Origin: a virus
Virus record (IMG/VR): IMGVR_UViG_3300014656_000017
Location: 32,001-96,000 of that record
Direction: 5' to 3' (one strand)
Length of the DNA stretch: 64,000 nucleotides
Both the position numbers and the translations under genes were made by a program. Below the pieces are notes generated by a model. The model made no database searches, was not told the DNA's origin, and saw nothing but the letters and a program-made list of their open reading frames with translations. Each line of letters begins with the position of its first letter. The stretch's first letter is position 1. Positions 1 to 9,834 of this stretch are shown here, in pieces.

Positions 1-186
1 CATAATATAATTGTTGAAAATGTAGGAACATTAAACGATTGGTATAATTATACCGTTCCAGATGCATGGAAGGTGACACTACAAATAAGAGAATTGATAA
101 ACGAAACACGTGATATTTTTATGGACGGTGTTGGTGGACATGACATTATTAGTACCAGTATGAAGACCAGAGTTGCGAGAGGCTAA
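1..186 (+). CDS. Partial (C-terminal) baseplate/tail-tube cap protein, T4 gp48/gp54-like
   Basis: Frame 1 is open from the window start to TAA at 184-186 (HNIIVENVG...VPDAWKVTLQIRELINE...); lies directly upstream of the gp53-like gene. Confidence 0.5.
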   Translation, partial: HNIIVENVGTLNDWYNYTVPDAWKVTLQIRELINETRDIFMDGVGGHDIISTSMKTRVARG

Positions 187-187
187 A

Positions 188-541
188 ATGAAACATAATG
201 ATATAAAAGATGTAAGCTATAAATTAACATATGAAAATTATGAAAATGTTTTTCCTGTTGAAATTGATGATTCTAATTATTATTTTTATAATATATTGAG
301 CGTTGTTAATTTTCCTCAAAGTTTAGATCCAACAAAATATTCAGAATATACTGTATTAACAAATGATACATGGCCTTTAATTGCATGGAAATTTTATGGA
401 AGTGTTAAATTATGGTGGGTGGTATGTGGAGCTAATCAAATTGTAAATCCTGTTGAACATCCTGTTCCTGGAACTAAATTAAAAATTATTAATACTAATC
501 AATTAAAAACATTATTAAACCACATCATAGGAGTTAAATAA
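188..541 (+). CDS. gp53: Baseplate wedge protein, T4 gp53-like (LysM-like fold)
   Basis: Motif DTWPLIAWKFYGSVKLWWVVCGANQIVNP...GTKLKI; ATG at 188 follows the upstream stop. Confidence 0.75.
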   Translation: MKHNDIKDVSYKLTYENYENVFPVEIDDSNYYFYNILSVVNFPQSLDPTKYSEYTVLTNDTWPLIAWKFYGSVKLWWVVCGANQIVNPVEHPVPGTKLKIINTNQLKTLLNHIIGVK

Positions 542-2149
542 ATGCCTCTAGGCGGATTAGATAATAATACAAAATCTTTTGGAAAAGATTTCGAGTATAC
601 AATAAAAGACACGGCTCCATCTAATGTTAAAGAAGAAGGAGTAGTAGTATATAATGAACAAGCATATAAATTAAGTTTTATATTTGATAACAGTCAACAA
701 GAAAAATATAATTTAAATCCTCAATATGTTGTTCAATGGTGTTTAGAAACAGATTTATTAACTTGGCCACTTAGAGGATATGTAATAGTGAGATCGCAAT
801 GGGAAGCATTTGAAAAAAGTGAAACGCCGGATTGGTTTTATCACATCCGATCTGATAGTAGAGATAAATTAACAATTAAGCTTGAAGTAAAGCCCATACC
901 TTTACAAGGAGTTCCTGATACAGATCCTGAAATATGGGATTTTGAAGTTAATGCTGTCATATATGATGTTGAAGATTTATCAACACCAAATAAAGAATTG
1001 AAAATGAAAAAGTTGTATTTTTGGGATGAAAAATTTCAATTTCTTCAAGAAAAAAGAATACAGTGGTGTACTGCAACTGGGAAAAGATATAAATCTCCAC
1101 AACCAAAAGATCCTATTGCACATGCATCGGATATAGATAAGTCAATGTTAACCGGGGAAGCTGTATGGTCTTTATTGGTCGAAGCTGGATATGAAGAATA
1201 TATAGATATTACTAAATGGAATTGGGGTAAGAGCAAAATCAATTATACAACTAAATCTAATTGGAGCATATGGGAAAACATACAATATATTTTGAAACAT
1301 CATATTAGCGATATCAATGACGACATTTGTATTTTGCAATGGAACCGAGGCAGAAAAAAGTGGACTTTGATGCCTTTCAATGAAATATTTGTCCAAGCAG
1401 GACATGCTTCACCAGGCCCTCTTCAAAGAGAACATTTGATTTTTGAAGATGGTGTTAGTGAATTAGGGGATAAAGAAACTCGCCGACAAGATGTTAAGCC
1501 GAGTCCATGGAAAGCTCCTTGGATCGATGATCCTACATGGGATATAGATATTAAAAGTGTAAATAATAGCACTATATTATCTTATAGGTTTTCACAAACA
1601 TCAGGATTAGATAGTAGTACAGCATGGAACACAAAACCTGTATATTCTCACTGGCACACTAAAAAACAATTTGATGTAGATGTAAGAGAAAATGAAATTG
1701 CTCAAATTAGAGACAATCATATTAAGCCTCAATATATAGAAGATAAATTATTATATGAAGAAATATATCCTGTAATGACATTAAACCAAACCAGAATGAC
1801 TGAATATAATATAGATCCACAGTTTTCTCCTGTAGTAACATTAGGATATGAAAATGATAGACCTATTAGAAGTTTATATGGTAAAGGTAAAGTGTTATAT
1901 TCTGCAATATTTTTAAATCAATGTATGACAGTTCGTCTTCTTGGAGCATCATATAGAACTGCGGGAACGTTTACAGGTGTTGATCGAACATATGAAAGTA
2001 GTGATACAGATTTTGATTATCAACTATGTGGACAATATTTGGTAACTAATGTAAAACACATATTTCAACTAAATAGATATGTAACAGATTTAACAATGGT
2101 TAAAATACATGCATATAAAACATTACAAGATAATGAGGACATACCCTAA
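542..2149 (+). CDS. Baseplate hub protein (gp27/GpD-like)
   Basis: 535 aa between gp53 and gp5; C-terminal CGQYLVTNVKHIF...TDLTMVK is typical of hub proteins. Confidence 0.6.
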   Translation: MPLGGLDNNTKSFGKDFEYTIKDTAPSNVKEEGVVVYNEQAYKLSFIFDNSQQEKYNLNPQYVVQWCLETDLLTWPLRGYVIVRSQWEAFEKSETPDWFYHIRSDSRDKLTIKLEVKPIPLQGVPDTDPEIWDFEVNAVIYDVEDLSTPNKELKMKKLYFWDEKFQFLQEKRIQWCTATGKRYKSPQPKDPIAHASDIDKSMLTGEAVWSLLVEAGYEEYIDITKWNWGKSKINYTTKSNWSIWENIQYILKHHISDINDDICILQWNRGRKKWTLMPFNEIFVQAGHASPGPLQREHLIFEDGVSELGDKETRRQDVKPSPWKAPWIDDPTWDIDIKSVNNSTILSYRFSQTSGLDSSTAWNTKPVYSHWHTKKQFDVDVRENEIAQIRDNHIKPQYIEDKLLYEEIYPVMTLNQTRMTEYNIDPQFSPVVTLGYENDRPIRSLYGKGKVLYSAIFLNQCMTVRLLGASYRTAGTFTGVDRTYESSDTDFDYQLCGQYLVTNVKHIFQLNRYVTDLTMVKIHAYKTLQDNEDIP

Positions 2150-3150
2150 TGAATAATTGTTTTCCAGAAGATGCAAAACATAAAATAAAAAAGACATTAG
2201 CTGTCATTAATCTTGCAGACGATTGTAGGCCAGACGGCCCAATTAAACCCGCTATAGGCGGGCCTCCTATAGTTAGAGAACCTGTTAGCGTTCCAATAAT
2301 TGTATCTCCGCCTGTGTCAGCAACGCCTGTATCACAACCATTGCCTTCACCTATTAGAAATATAGTAATTGATCCAACAGAAAAGGTTACTTTAAAACAA
2401 GAGTCTGTATCTTTTCCAAATCCAGGAAGAGGCAGCAATTTTGAAGCAGCTGAAATTATAAGCGGAGTAGATGATGTATTAGCACATTTAGCATCCACAC
2501 TTGCTTTTTATGCAGCTGAAATAGCAAAAGCAGAAGAAAATAAAGCTGAAACAATTGAAGGATTTATGTGGCAAATAGCAATTTATGTAGAATTGATGAT
2601 TGAAGCAGCAATAGCTGCAGGATTTCACGGAGTAGCTATGGTATTAGCTGCTGTATGGAAAGCTATATTAGTTGCATGGAGTGTTGTAAAAGCTGCAATG
2701 GCTGCAATTACCGCCTCAACCAATCTTACGGAACTTGCAACATGTGAAGTGCCCCATTTTCATACAGTAATTTTACCTCAATTGTCAAATTCATCAAATG
2801 AAGTCGCAGAAGCATTAAAGGCGTTTACAGAATCTATTACAGAACTTGCACAATCTGTAATAGATGATATAGGAAATATAATACTAGATATTGCTATTAT
2901 TATTTTTTGTGCTAAGAATATTGCTTTATTAACATTAATGTTAGCAAAACAATTAGAACAATATGATATTTTTATAGCCGATATGGGTGAGCGCATAGTT
3001 AATACAGAAGCTAGTGTATTAGCAGGTGTTGAAGAAATGTTAGTAGTTGATGAAGGTCGTGTTTTTGTACAAGAAAAAGAAGCTGTACAAGATGAAGTAT
3101 TGCAAGCTTCTGTTGAAGATTTAATAATTCATGTTGAGGTACCAGCATAA
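2149..3150 (+). CDS. Hypothetical baseplate-region protein with Pro-rich linker and long hydrophobic helices
   Basis: 333 aa ORF, translationally coupled to both neighbours (TAATG overlaps). Confidence 0.5.
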   Translation: MNNCFPEDAKHKIKKTLAVINLADDCRPDGPIKPAIGGPPIVREPVSVPIIVSPPVSATPVSQPLPSPIRNIVIDPTEKVTLKQESVSFPNPGRGSNFEAAEIISGVDDVLAHLASTLAFYAAEIAKAEENKAETIEGFMWQIAIYVELMIEAAIAAGFHGVAMVLAAVWKAILVAWSVVKAAMAAITASTNLTELATCEVPHFHTVILPQLSNSSNEVAEALKAFTESITELAQSVIDDIGNIILDIAIIIFCAKNIALLTLMLAKQLEQYDIFIADMGERIVNTEASVLAGVEEMLVVDEGRVFVQEKEAVQDEVLQASVEDLIIHVEVPA

Positions 3151-4220
3151 TGGACATTCATCCAAACATTATAATACACCAACAAAGTCTAGATGAATTA
3201 AAAGGCTTAGAAAAAATATCTTTATTAGAAGTTCCTGATTGTGAATCTAAACCAAATATAGACGCAGGTAATATTGATAAAATTAGAAATCAATTATTAC
3301 CTACTGATATTGATATACATACTACCTCTACTTATAAAGACGAAATAGTTCAAATGGTAAATCTTTTAAATTCACACTGCAAGGAATTATCTATTGATGA
3401 AATTATAAAAACAATTAAAGAAATACACGAAACATTGAATAATAAAAAGGCCTCCCTGATAAAGGGATGGACAAGATTATTAACCTCGTTACATCCGTTG
3501 ATTGATGATGAAATTAAAAATCTTCCATATTGGAAAACTTTATATTCTGAAATTATTGGAACTAATACTATTCTATACCATGCAGATATGAATAGTATAG
3601 ATATTATGTTTTGGAGTAAAAAACCTTTATCAAATGCTAAAACATGTAATATTGAATGGTCTTTATCTCCTAGTCAATCACCGTCTTATTTAAGAGATAG
3701 TGTTAGAGAAAAAATGGATTCAAAAGCTGTTGAGTTTTTACAAAATGCCGGGCAAGCTACTTCATCATGTTTGAGACGGAATATAATATTTGATGCTATT
3801 CAAACTACATTGCCTGAGACTGGTGGAGAGGTTCCTCAAAAAAGGCCTATATTAGAAGATGTTCCTCATGGTGTAAGTTTGGCCAATGATTGGTATCATC
3901 AAGTGTATAGAATAATAGATGGAGATGCTTCTAATAAAAATATGGGGCGGCATGATGCAATACATAAATTAAGCAGTGGCGGATATTTTGTACATTTACT
4001 AGTTAATCATTTAACTCCGTTATTAAATATTACCAAAGCAGAACGTAGAGCATATATTAATAAGAATCCACTGGGTGTTGAGGTTGACACCTTTCCATTT
4101 AAAGCTGATAAGGAATTGGAATATTGGAGTCTTGAAAACAATGATAGAGTATTGCCTGTTTCACAAACAGTTGACGATAATGTAATAAAACCTACTATTA
4201 ATGAGACAACACAAGCATGA
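3150..4220 (+). CDS. Hypothetical protein (baseplate module)
   Basis: 356 aa ORF coupled to neighbours; no motif recognised. Confidence 0.5.
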   Translation: MDIHPNIIIHQQSLDELKGLEKISLLEVPDCESKPNIDAGNIDKIRNQLLPTDIDIHTTSTYKDEIVQMVNLLNSHCKELSIDEIIKTIKEIHETLNNKKASLIKGWTRLLTSLHPLIDDEIKNLPYWKTLYSEIIGTNTILYHADMNSIDIMFWSKKPLSNAKTCNIEWSLSPSQSPSYLRDSVREKMDSKAVEFLQNAGQATSSCLRRNIIFDAIQTTLPETGGEVPQKRPILEDVPHGVSLANDWYHQVYRIIDGDASNKNMGRHDAIHKLSSGGYFVHLLVNHLTPLLNITKAERRAYINKNPLGVEVDTFPFKADKELEYWSLENNDRVLPVSQTVDDNVIKPTINETTQA

Positions 4221-6457
4221 ACGATATAAAACATAATGGCAATTATTTGGGCATAGTGGTTCAAAACAATGATCCTGAAAAAAGAGGTCGCGTTAAGGTT
4301 TTTGTTCCTCACATTAATATTGCTTTATATGAAAGCTGGAATAAAGATTTTGCTATGTTAAATGATAAGCATTTTGTATTTCCAGATGCAGCAACTAATC
4401 CTGATTTAGATAATGTATTAGAGTATTTAAAGAAAGCATTACCTTGGGCTGAAATAGCTCTTCCTTTGTTTGGTGGATCTGCATCAGGTCGATATAATGC
4501 TCATATGAAAGTGGGTACAACTTCAGATGCAAATTATTGGGATAAAGATAATACTAATTTTGGGTTTAGACCTTTAGTTAATTATGTGGGTGAAAACAGA
4601 ATTTCAGATGCCTTTCATGAAACTAAGGCAACACATAATAGATTAGTAAATCCAAATGCAAACCAATATGCGCCTTCAGATTATTCTAATTTAGCTCGCG
4701 GATCATTTACTATTCCAAATGTTGGTGCTCATGTTTGGGTGTTTTTCATTGAAGGAGATATTAATTATCCTGTAGTGTTTGCAGTTTCACAAGGACAGGA
4801 AGATTGGAAACGTATTTATTCTAAAAACAAAGAATTAGAAGATTTGAGCAATTTCATATCTCCAGATTATCCTGAATCATATGAAAATCTTTCTCCTGAA
4901 GATCAACCAACTTTTGATCATAATAAAAAGACCTTTAGAGCAAAACATGTATTCAATTCTAATAAACATTCTTTAGAATTTATAGATACAGATAAAGCTG
5001 AAGTATTAAAAATGACGCATTATGCTGGTTCATTTTTAGAAATGAATAATAATGTGACCACTAGATTTGCCCATGCTAACGATCAAACTCTTGTATTAGG
5101 AGATCAATTTTTAACAGTTCGTAAGAATCAAGGGATTTATATTGCCAATTATCAAGAAACTATTATTGATGGCGATAGATTTTTAAAACTGGGAGATTTT
5201 GAAAAGCGTAGAAAGATTGTACTTAAAATAATGGATATTTTAAAGGATGTACATAATTATAAAATGCTTTTTGAACTTATGAGAACAGAAGCTAATGATC
5301 CGTTTACGTCATCTGAACAAAAAAAGGAAGGATCAAAAGCAAAATGTCCTGTATGTCAAGGAGAGGGTACAAAATTTGATATGCCTTGTGTAACATGTGG
5401 AGAATCTGGAGAAAGTCCTTCTTCACAAGATGGTGACTGGGAATTAGATCAAGTTGCAAAATGGATAGATTCGTCGGTATCTTTAGATATATGGCAAGGT
5501 GGTGACCCAGGTGATGATTATGGAGGTCCAGAGGATGGTACATTTGGAAGCACTTCATATAGTGTAAAGAAGATAGTCGAAACAATTAGAAATGCACAAA
5601 AACAAATTATAGATGAAGAACTCGAGTCAGGTTTTGGTAATGGCGGAGATGATATTCAAACTGTTACAGGAAACGTTGTTACAACTATAGGTACTGTTTT
5701 TAATGACATGCCCAGCTTTCGTGTTGATGAAATAGGTAAAATTAGAAATCAGGGAGCCCATATCGGTAAAACAGGAACCTATGTTAGTATGGCTGAATGT
5801 CCTTTAGTTGAATATGTTGATGTTGATTCTCCACCTGGTGGAGATTGGGATATAACTGCAGCTAATAAATTTAGATTAAATGTGGGTAGTAATGGTATTC
5901 ATTTAAAGACTACAGGGGCAGTAGAAATATATGGCACTATAATGAATATTAATGCAGAATCTCTTAATGTATCATCTGAATGGGAATTATTGTTACAAGG
6001 TAAAAAGCGAGTTGAAATTCGTGGAGATATTATAAATATCCATCCTACAGAAGGTAAAAGAGGGTATGTGTTATTAGATGGTAATGTTGGTGTTAGAAAT
6101 AACTTAACTGTAGTTGGAGGTACACATCTAGAAGGTGAGTTGTCATATTTACACTCCACAACGCCCAAGAAAATGTATATGACAGAAATAGGTTATGGCC
6201 CGCTGCCACATACACATATATATTGGGCGCCGCCTTGGACCTTAGAAGAAGAAGGATGTCCTAAAGTTCGTGAAGATCAACAAGGATTAAATAAAAATGA
6301 ACCTGTTCCAAATCAGGGAGATTGTGGTGCAAAAGGCTTTTGGGTTCCTACAGGTACAGGAGAAGGAGCAGGTGGGCCTATTGAATCTGATGATGCTGGC
6401 GAAGAAGTTCCCGATAATTTAGAAGATGTTAATCCTGAACCGTGTGAAAATAAATAA
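4217..6457 (+). CDS. gp5: Baseplate central spike, T4 gp5/VgrG-like
   Basis: OB-fold N-terminus YLGIVVQNNDPEKRGRVKVFVP...PNVGAHVWVFF; beta-helix-type repeats (THYAGSFLEM, DQFLTV, DRFLKL); HTH motif near the C-terminus. Confidence 0.85.
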   Translation: MNDIKHNGNYLGIVVQNNDPEKRGRVKVFVPHINIALYESWNKDFAMLNDKHFVFPDAATNPDLDNVLEYLKKALPWAEIALPLFGGSASGRYNAHMKVGTTSDANYWDKDNTNFGFRPLVNYVGENRISDAFHETKATHNRLVNPNANQYAPSDYSNLARGSFTIPNVGAHVWVFFIEGDINYPVVFAVSQGQEDWKRIYSKNKELEDLSNFISPDYPESYENLSPEDQPTFDHNKKTFRAKHVFNSNKHSLEFIDTDKAEVLKMTHYAGSFLEMNNNVTTRFAHANDQTLVLGDQFLTVRKNQGIYIANYQETIIDGDRFLKLGDFEKRRKIVLKIMDILKDVHNYKMLFELMRTEANDPFTSSEQKKEGSKAKCPVCQGEGTKFDMPCVTCGESGESPSSQDGDWELDQVAKWIDSSVSLDIWQGGDPGDDYGGPEDGTFGSTSYSVKKIVETIRNAQKQIIDEELESGFGNGGDDIQTVTGNVVTTIGTVFNDMPSFRVDEIGKIRNQGAHIGKTGTYVSMAECPLVEYVDVDSPPGGDWDITAANKFRLNVGSNGIHLKTTGAVEIYGTIMNINAESLNVSSEWELLLQGKKRVEIRGDIINIHPTEGKRGYVLLDGNVGVRNNLTVVGGTHLEGELSYLHSTTPKKMYMTEIGYGPLPHTHIYWAPPWTLEEEGCPKVREDQQGLNKNEPVPNQGDCGAKGFWVPTGTGEGAGGPIESDDAGEEVPDNLEDVNPEPCENK

Positions 6458-6458
6458 G

Positions 6459-6725
6459 TTACTCTGATTTATCTTCTTCCATTAACATTCCAATTAGCAC
6501 TTTTTTAGCTAATTGCATAAGGCCGTCAAATTGACGTGGTGTTTTAGCTTGGCGCATAATTACGCGTTGTTCATCTATAGTGTGTCCAATAATAATAAAG
6601 TCATCTAAAAATTCAGAAGCTACTGTGTGCAATCCTTCAGCGTTTTGTCGATATTCTCGTGTTTCTTTTTCTACAATATCTTCATATTTTTTAAGCGATT
6701 CATTTAAAATTGTATTTGTATCCAT
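6459..6725 (-). CDS. Hypothetical protein (frame stays open upstream to an ATA at 6833)
   Basis: ORF track plus manual translation of the upstream frame. Confidence 0.55.
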   Translation of the reverse strand: MDTNTILNESLKKYEDIVEKETREYRQNAEGLHTVASEFLDDFIIIGHTIDEQRVIMRQAKTPRQFDGLMQLAKKVLIGMLMEEDKSE

Positions 6726-6875
6726 CTTACCATTCTTTATTGGTGCAGCTTTAGGTGCAGCAATCTTTTCATTTATAATTGCTTCTAATTTTGCTACGTC
6801 AGTAAGAGGAGTCTTTTTAGATTTCTTTTTTATATCACACCATCCTTGTAAATACTTAGGTATATTGTTTTAAAT

Positions 6876-7241
6876 TTATACTGCCTTCCTAGTATTTTCT
6901 GAGGGGGAGCTATATTGCTTTGCTTTATTATTAATACCAAATTGTACTAAGTATTCAATTAAAACTTCAATAGAACTTGTTTTAATTATGAATTTGCTTG
7001 TGATGAATTGTCCTCCGTCATATAGCTCGAAGTAAAAATCATCAATATCCGATTTTTTAATATTGTCTTTATTGGCATTTTGATAGCACGTGCAAAATAC
7101 AGAAGCACATCCAGGATCTATAACAACAGTCCACACTCTTGGATCTGTATATGAATAACTTCTAAACAAGTCATCTACCATATACCCACTATCTCTCATA
7201 CGCTTCTTAAAATAACCTAATGTCGTCAATTTATTGGCCAT
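6876..7241 (-). CDS. Hypothetical protein
   Basis: 121 aa ORF with SD (AGGAG) in the co-oriented block. Confidence 0.6.
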   Translation of the reverse strand: MANKLTTLGYFKKRMRDSGYMVDDLFRSYSYTDPRVWTVVIDPGCASVFCTCYQNANKDNIKKSDIDDFYFELYDGGQFITSKFIIKTSSIEVLIEYLVQFGINNKAKQYSSPSENTRKAV

Positions 7242-7515
7242 CTTTAGTCTCCTGGTTTATTATTCCTTCTATTACTTCGTAGTACCCTTTTGGTTTTTCT
7301 TGTAAATATACTTCTACATTTACTTCTGTATCATTTACTCTTATACATTTAACTATATAATCCGTTAACAAATGTTCTTCTTTAATAAAATGTAATACAG
7401 ATTCTAGATTATTAGCTACACACGATTCAAATTCAGGAGAGCTAATATCCATATTACACGTATTAACTGTTTTAGTAATAAGGCCTTGAATTGTTTTAAT
7501 ATAAGCTTTTTTCAT
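7231..7515 (-). CDS. Small protein resembling the tail-sheath C-terminal domain
   Basis: LESVLHFIKEEHLLTDYIVKC...VNVEVYLQ resembles the gp18 C-terminal pattern. Confidence 0.35.
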   Translation of the reverse strand: MKKAYIKTIQGLITKTVNTCNMDISSPEFESCVANNLESVLHFIKEEHLLTDYIVKCIRVNDTEVNVEVYLQEKPKGYYEVIEGIINQETKDGQ

Positions 7516-8259
7516 TTATTTAACATACGCAGGAATTATATATTTTAATATCCCTGTTTGTTTTTTAATTTCAAACAATATAATTTTATACGAATTGTTA
7601 ATTTTTATTTCAACATCTTCTTTATTATTTGATAACAATCTTAATATTTCTACGCTAAATGGTAGTGGAGTAGTTAATTCTATTCCTTGATAAGTAGGAG
7701 TAATGTTAAATGTAATATTATCTACCTGTTCAATCGCTTTGTCTGTAAGCTCAGCATAGATTACTTTATCTTTCGTAAAGAAATATACCTTATTTGATTC
7801 ATTGGCAAACATACTGCCTTTAAGAATTTCATTAATTTTAGAATTTGTTAAAGAAAATGAAGTATCGTATGTTAATTTGTTAATTTTATTAAGACTTAAT
7901 GTACATTTCTTAATAGCATCATCTAATACTAAATGCAATTTGAAACTTAAATTTGTAGAAGAGTATTTAATTGAACTATTATTGTCACCAATTTCAATTT
8001 CAAATTCGTCCGTTGGAATACATTCAAATACCCTGATAAGTTTTTTAACCCCTTTGATATTTAAACCAATAGAATCAGTATCTGATAATGTGTTATTATC
8101 CATTTGTGTTTCTGCATATAGAACTGTTGGCCCTGGATCAGCTGCAACCAAAGAATTAATAGTATTTTTAGTGACATTAATTGCACAATCATCAACTATT
8201 CTACTAATCGGGTTTAATATTTGATCAATGATTTGTTTTTTATTTATTTTCAGCTTCAC
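7516..8259 (-). CDS. gp45: DNA polymerase sliding clamp
   Basis: 247 aa, two-repeat clamp-like pattern, within the replication block. Confidence 0.65.
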   Translation of the reverse strand: MKLKINKKQIIDQILNPISRIVDDCAINVTKNTINSLVAADPGPTVLYAETQMDNNTLSDTDSIGLNIKGVKKLIRVFECIPTDEFEIEIGDNNSSIKYSSTNLSFKLHLVLDDAIKKCTLSLNKINKLTYDTSFSLTNSKINEILKGSMFANESNKVYFFTKDKVIYAELTDKAIEQVDNITFNITPTYQGIELTTPLPFSVEILRLLSNNKEDVEIKINNSYKIILFEIKKQTGILKYIIPAYVK

Positions 8260-8524
8260 TAATTTTACCTTCAGTTGATGGGGTGGGAAGAGGAGGCTGT
8301 GGTTGTTCAGATGATCTCAAAGGTGCCCTGGTTCTATTATTTCGATATACCATATTAATTACTCTTTTGCCTTTGTTAAAATCTGATTCTATTTTTTTTA
8401 TTGTGTCTAATATCTTTTTAATATCATTTTCAATTTTAGATATTTTTCGTTGTACATGTTCTTGAAATGCTTGAGGAGAAAGCTTTCCGATGTCTATAGT
8501 TTCTCTAATTTTATCAAATCTCAC
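8240..8524 (-). CDS. Hypothetical coiled-coil protein
   Basis: 94 aa ORF overlapping its neighbours. Confidence 0.45.
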   Translation of the reverse strand: MRFDKIRETIDIGKLSPQAFQEHVQRKISKIENDIKKILDTIKKIESDFNKGKRVINMVYRNNRTRAPLRSSEQPQPPLPTPSTEGKISEAENK

Positions 8525-8981
8525 TTTTTTTCTCTCTCTTTTTCTTACTGGTCAATTGTATTAATTTATCTTTAATTATTTTAACATCAATACTTAATAA
8601 ATCAAGCCTTTCCATTATAATATCTGCTGTAGTTTTTTCGTTAATCGATTTTTGTGCAAATTCAAATTCGAGTTGATTTGGATCTTTATTTAAATCTTTG
8701 TCTAATGAAACAGTTTTACCTTCTTCCATCTCTTTTATTCTATGTATAAAATTTGGAAGTACTGGTGGATTTAAAATTTCTGGTGGCAATGGTGGAGGTG
8801 CCACAAAAGGTCTTACACTGCTGCCATCAAGAGATATAGATTCTGTAGGCATTATTTCTTTGACCCCCGGCTTAAATGCTTTAATTTTATTGCGAGATGA
8901 TGGATCAGCCGAGGCATCTATAGCTGTTAAATGTGCCCCTAAAAATTCTACTAAATCTCTTTCTTCTTCTGATAATGGCAT
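8514..8981 (-). CDS. Hypothetical protein
   Basis: 155 aa ORF with a Pro-rich centre. Confidence 0.55.
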   Translation of the reverse strand: MPLSEEERDLVEFLGAHLTAIDASADPSSRNKIKAFKPGVKEIMPTESISLDGSSVRPFVAPPPLPPEILNPPVLPNFIHRIKEMEEGKTVSLDKDLNKDPNQLEFEFAQKSINEKTTADIIMERLDLLSIDVKIIKDKLIQLTSKKKREKKSEI

Positions 8982-8990
8982 ATTATACCC

Positions 8991-9824
8991 TTAACTTAAT
9001 AATCTTCCTGCATTTAATATTGCAACGGCAGTATGACTGTGAATTGATTCTTCATGATTAACAGTTATTACATAATCACTAATATGTTTATCTAACCATT
9101 TATCTAATTCATTTCCCAACTGCCGAACTACATCTTCAACAAACTTTGGATTCTCATACATTAATTCAGTTTGCCATTTTTCATCTTCTCTTTTTAAACC
9201 ATTAATAATAGGTGCAGATGCACATTTAATTATCATATCGTACAAATCTTCAATCCATACTATATCTGCTCCATCATTAATTTTTACTGTAATCTCTGCT
9301 GTGCTGCGCTGATTATGTGCTCCATGTTGTGAAATTTCTTTACTACACGGACAACATGAAGTATACGGAGCCCGAACGGTTATATACATAGAAACTTTAT
9401 CATTTTCCAATTTACCCTCTACAGCTGCATATAATTCAATATGCGATTTAATCTTGCTTACAGGGGCTTCTTGTACTAGATAATAAGGGAAATGTATTTT
9501 AATAAACGCATTTTCTTGTTTCAATTTCTTTTTAGTGGCATGTAAAAGTTCATGAACAAAATCATGTAATACCAAATCCTTATTGATTAGAAATTCTTCA
9601 ATAAGGATTCGGTATCTAGACATATTAGTTCCTTTTTCCCTTTTACTCAAGTCAGTATACATAGAAATATTAGCAGAACAAATATTAATTGTTCCATCTT
9701 TTCTTTGTACCTTTAACGGCACTTTAACTTCACGTATACCCACCTTTTTAATAGGTCTCTCAGGGAACCCAGTTGCTTGATTTTGAATATCTGGCAACTC
9801 ATGTCTATGTTTAATTTCGGGCAT
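8991..9824 (-). CDS. folE2: GTP cyclohydrolase IB (FolE2)
   Basis: LPDIQ, KVGI, KGTNMSR, CPCSKEIS..GAHNQRS, NPKFVED and ESIHSH motifs. Confidence 0.95.
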   Translation of the reverse strand: MPEIKHRHELPDIQNQATGFPERPIKKVGIREVKVPLKVQRKDGTINICSANISMYTDLSKREKGTNMSRYRILIEEFLINKDLVLHDFVHELLHATKKKLKQENAFIKIHFPYYLVQEAPVSKIKSHIELYAAVEGKLENDKVSMYITVRAPYTSCCPCSKEISQHGAHNQRSTAEITVKINDGADIVWIEDLYDMIIKCASAPIINGLKREDEKWQTELMYENPKFVEDVVRQLGNELDKWLDKHISDYVITVNHEESIHSHTAVAILNAGRLLS

Positions 9825-9834
9825 ATTTTATTCC

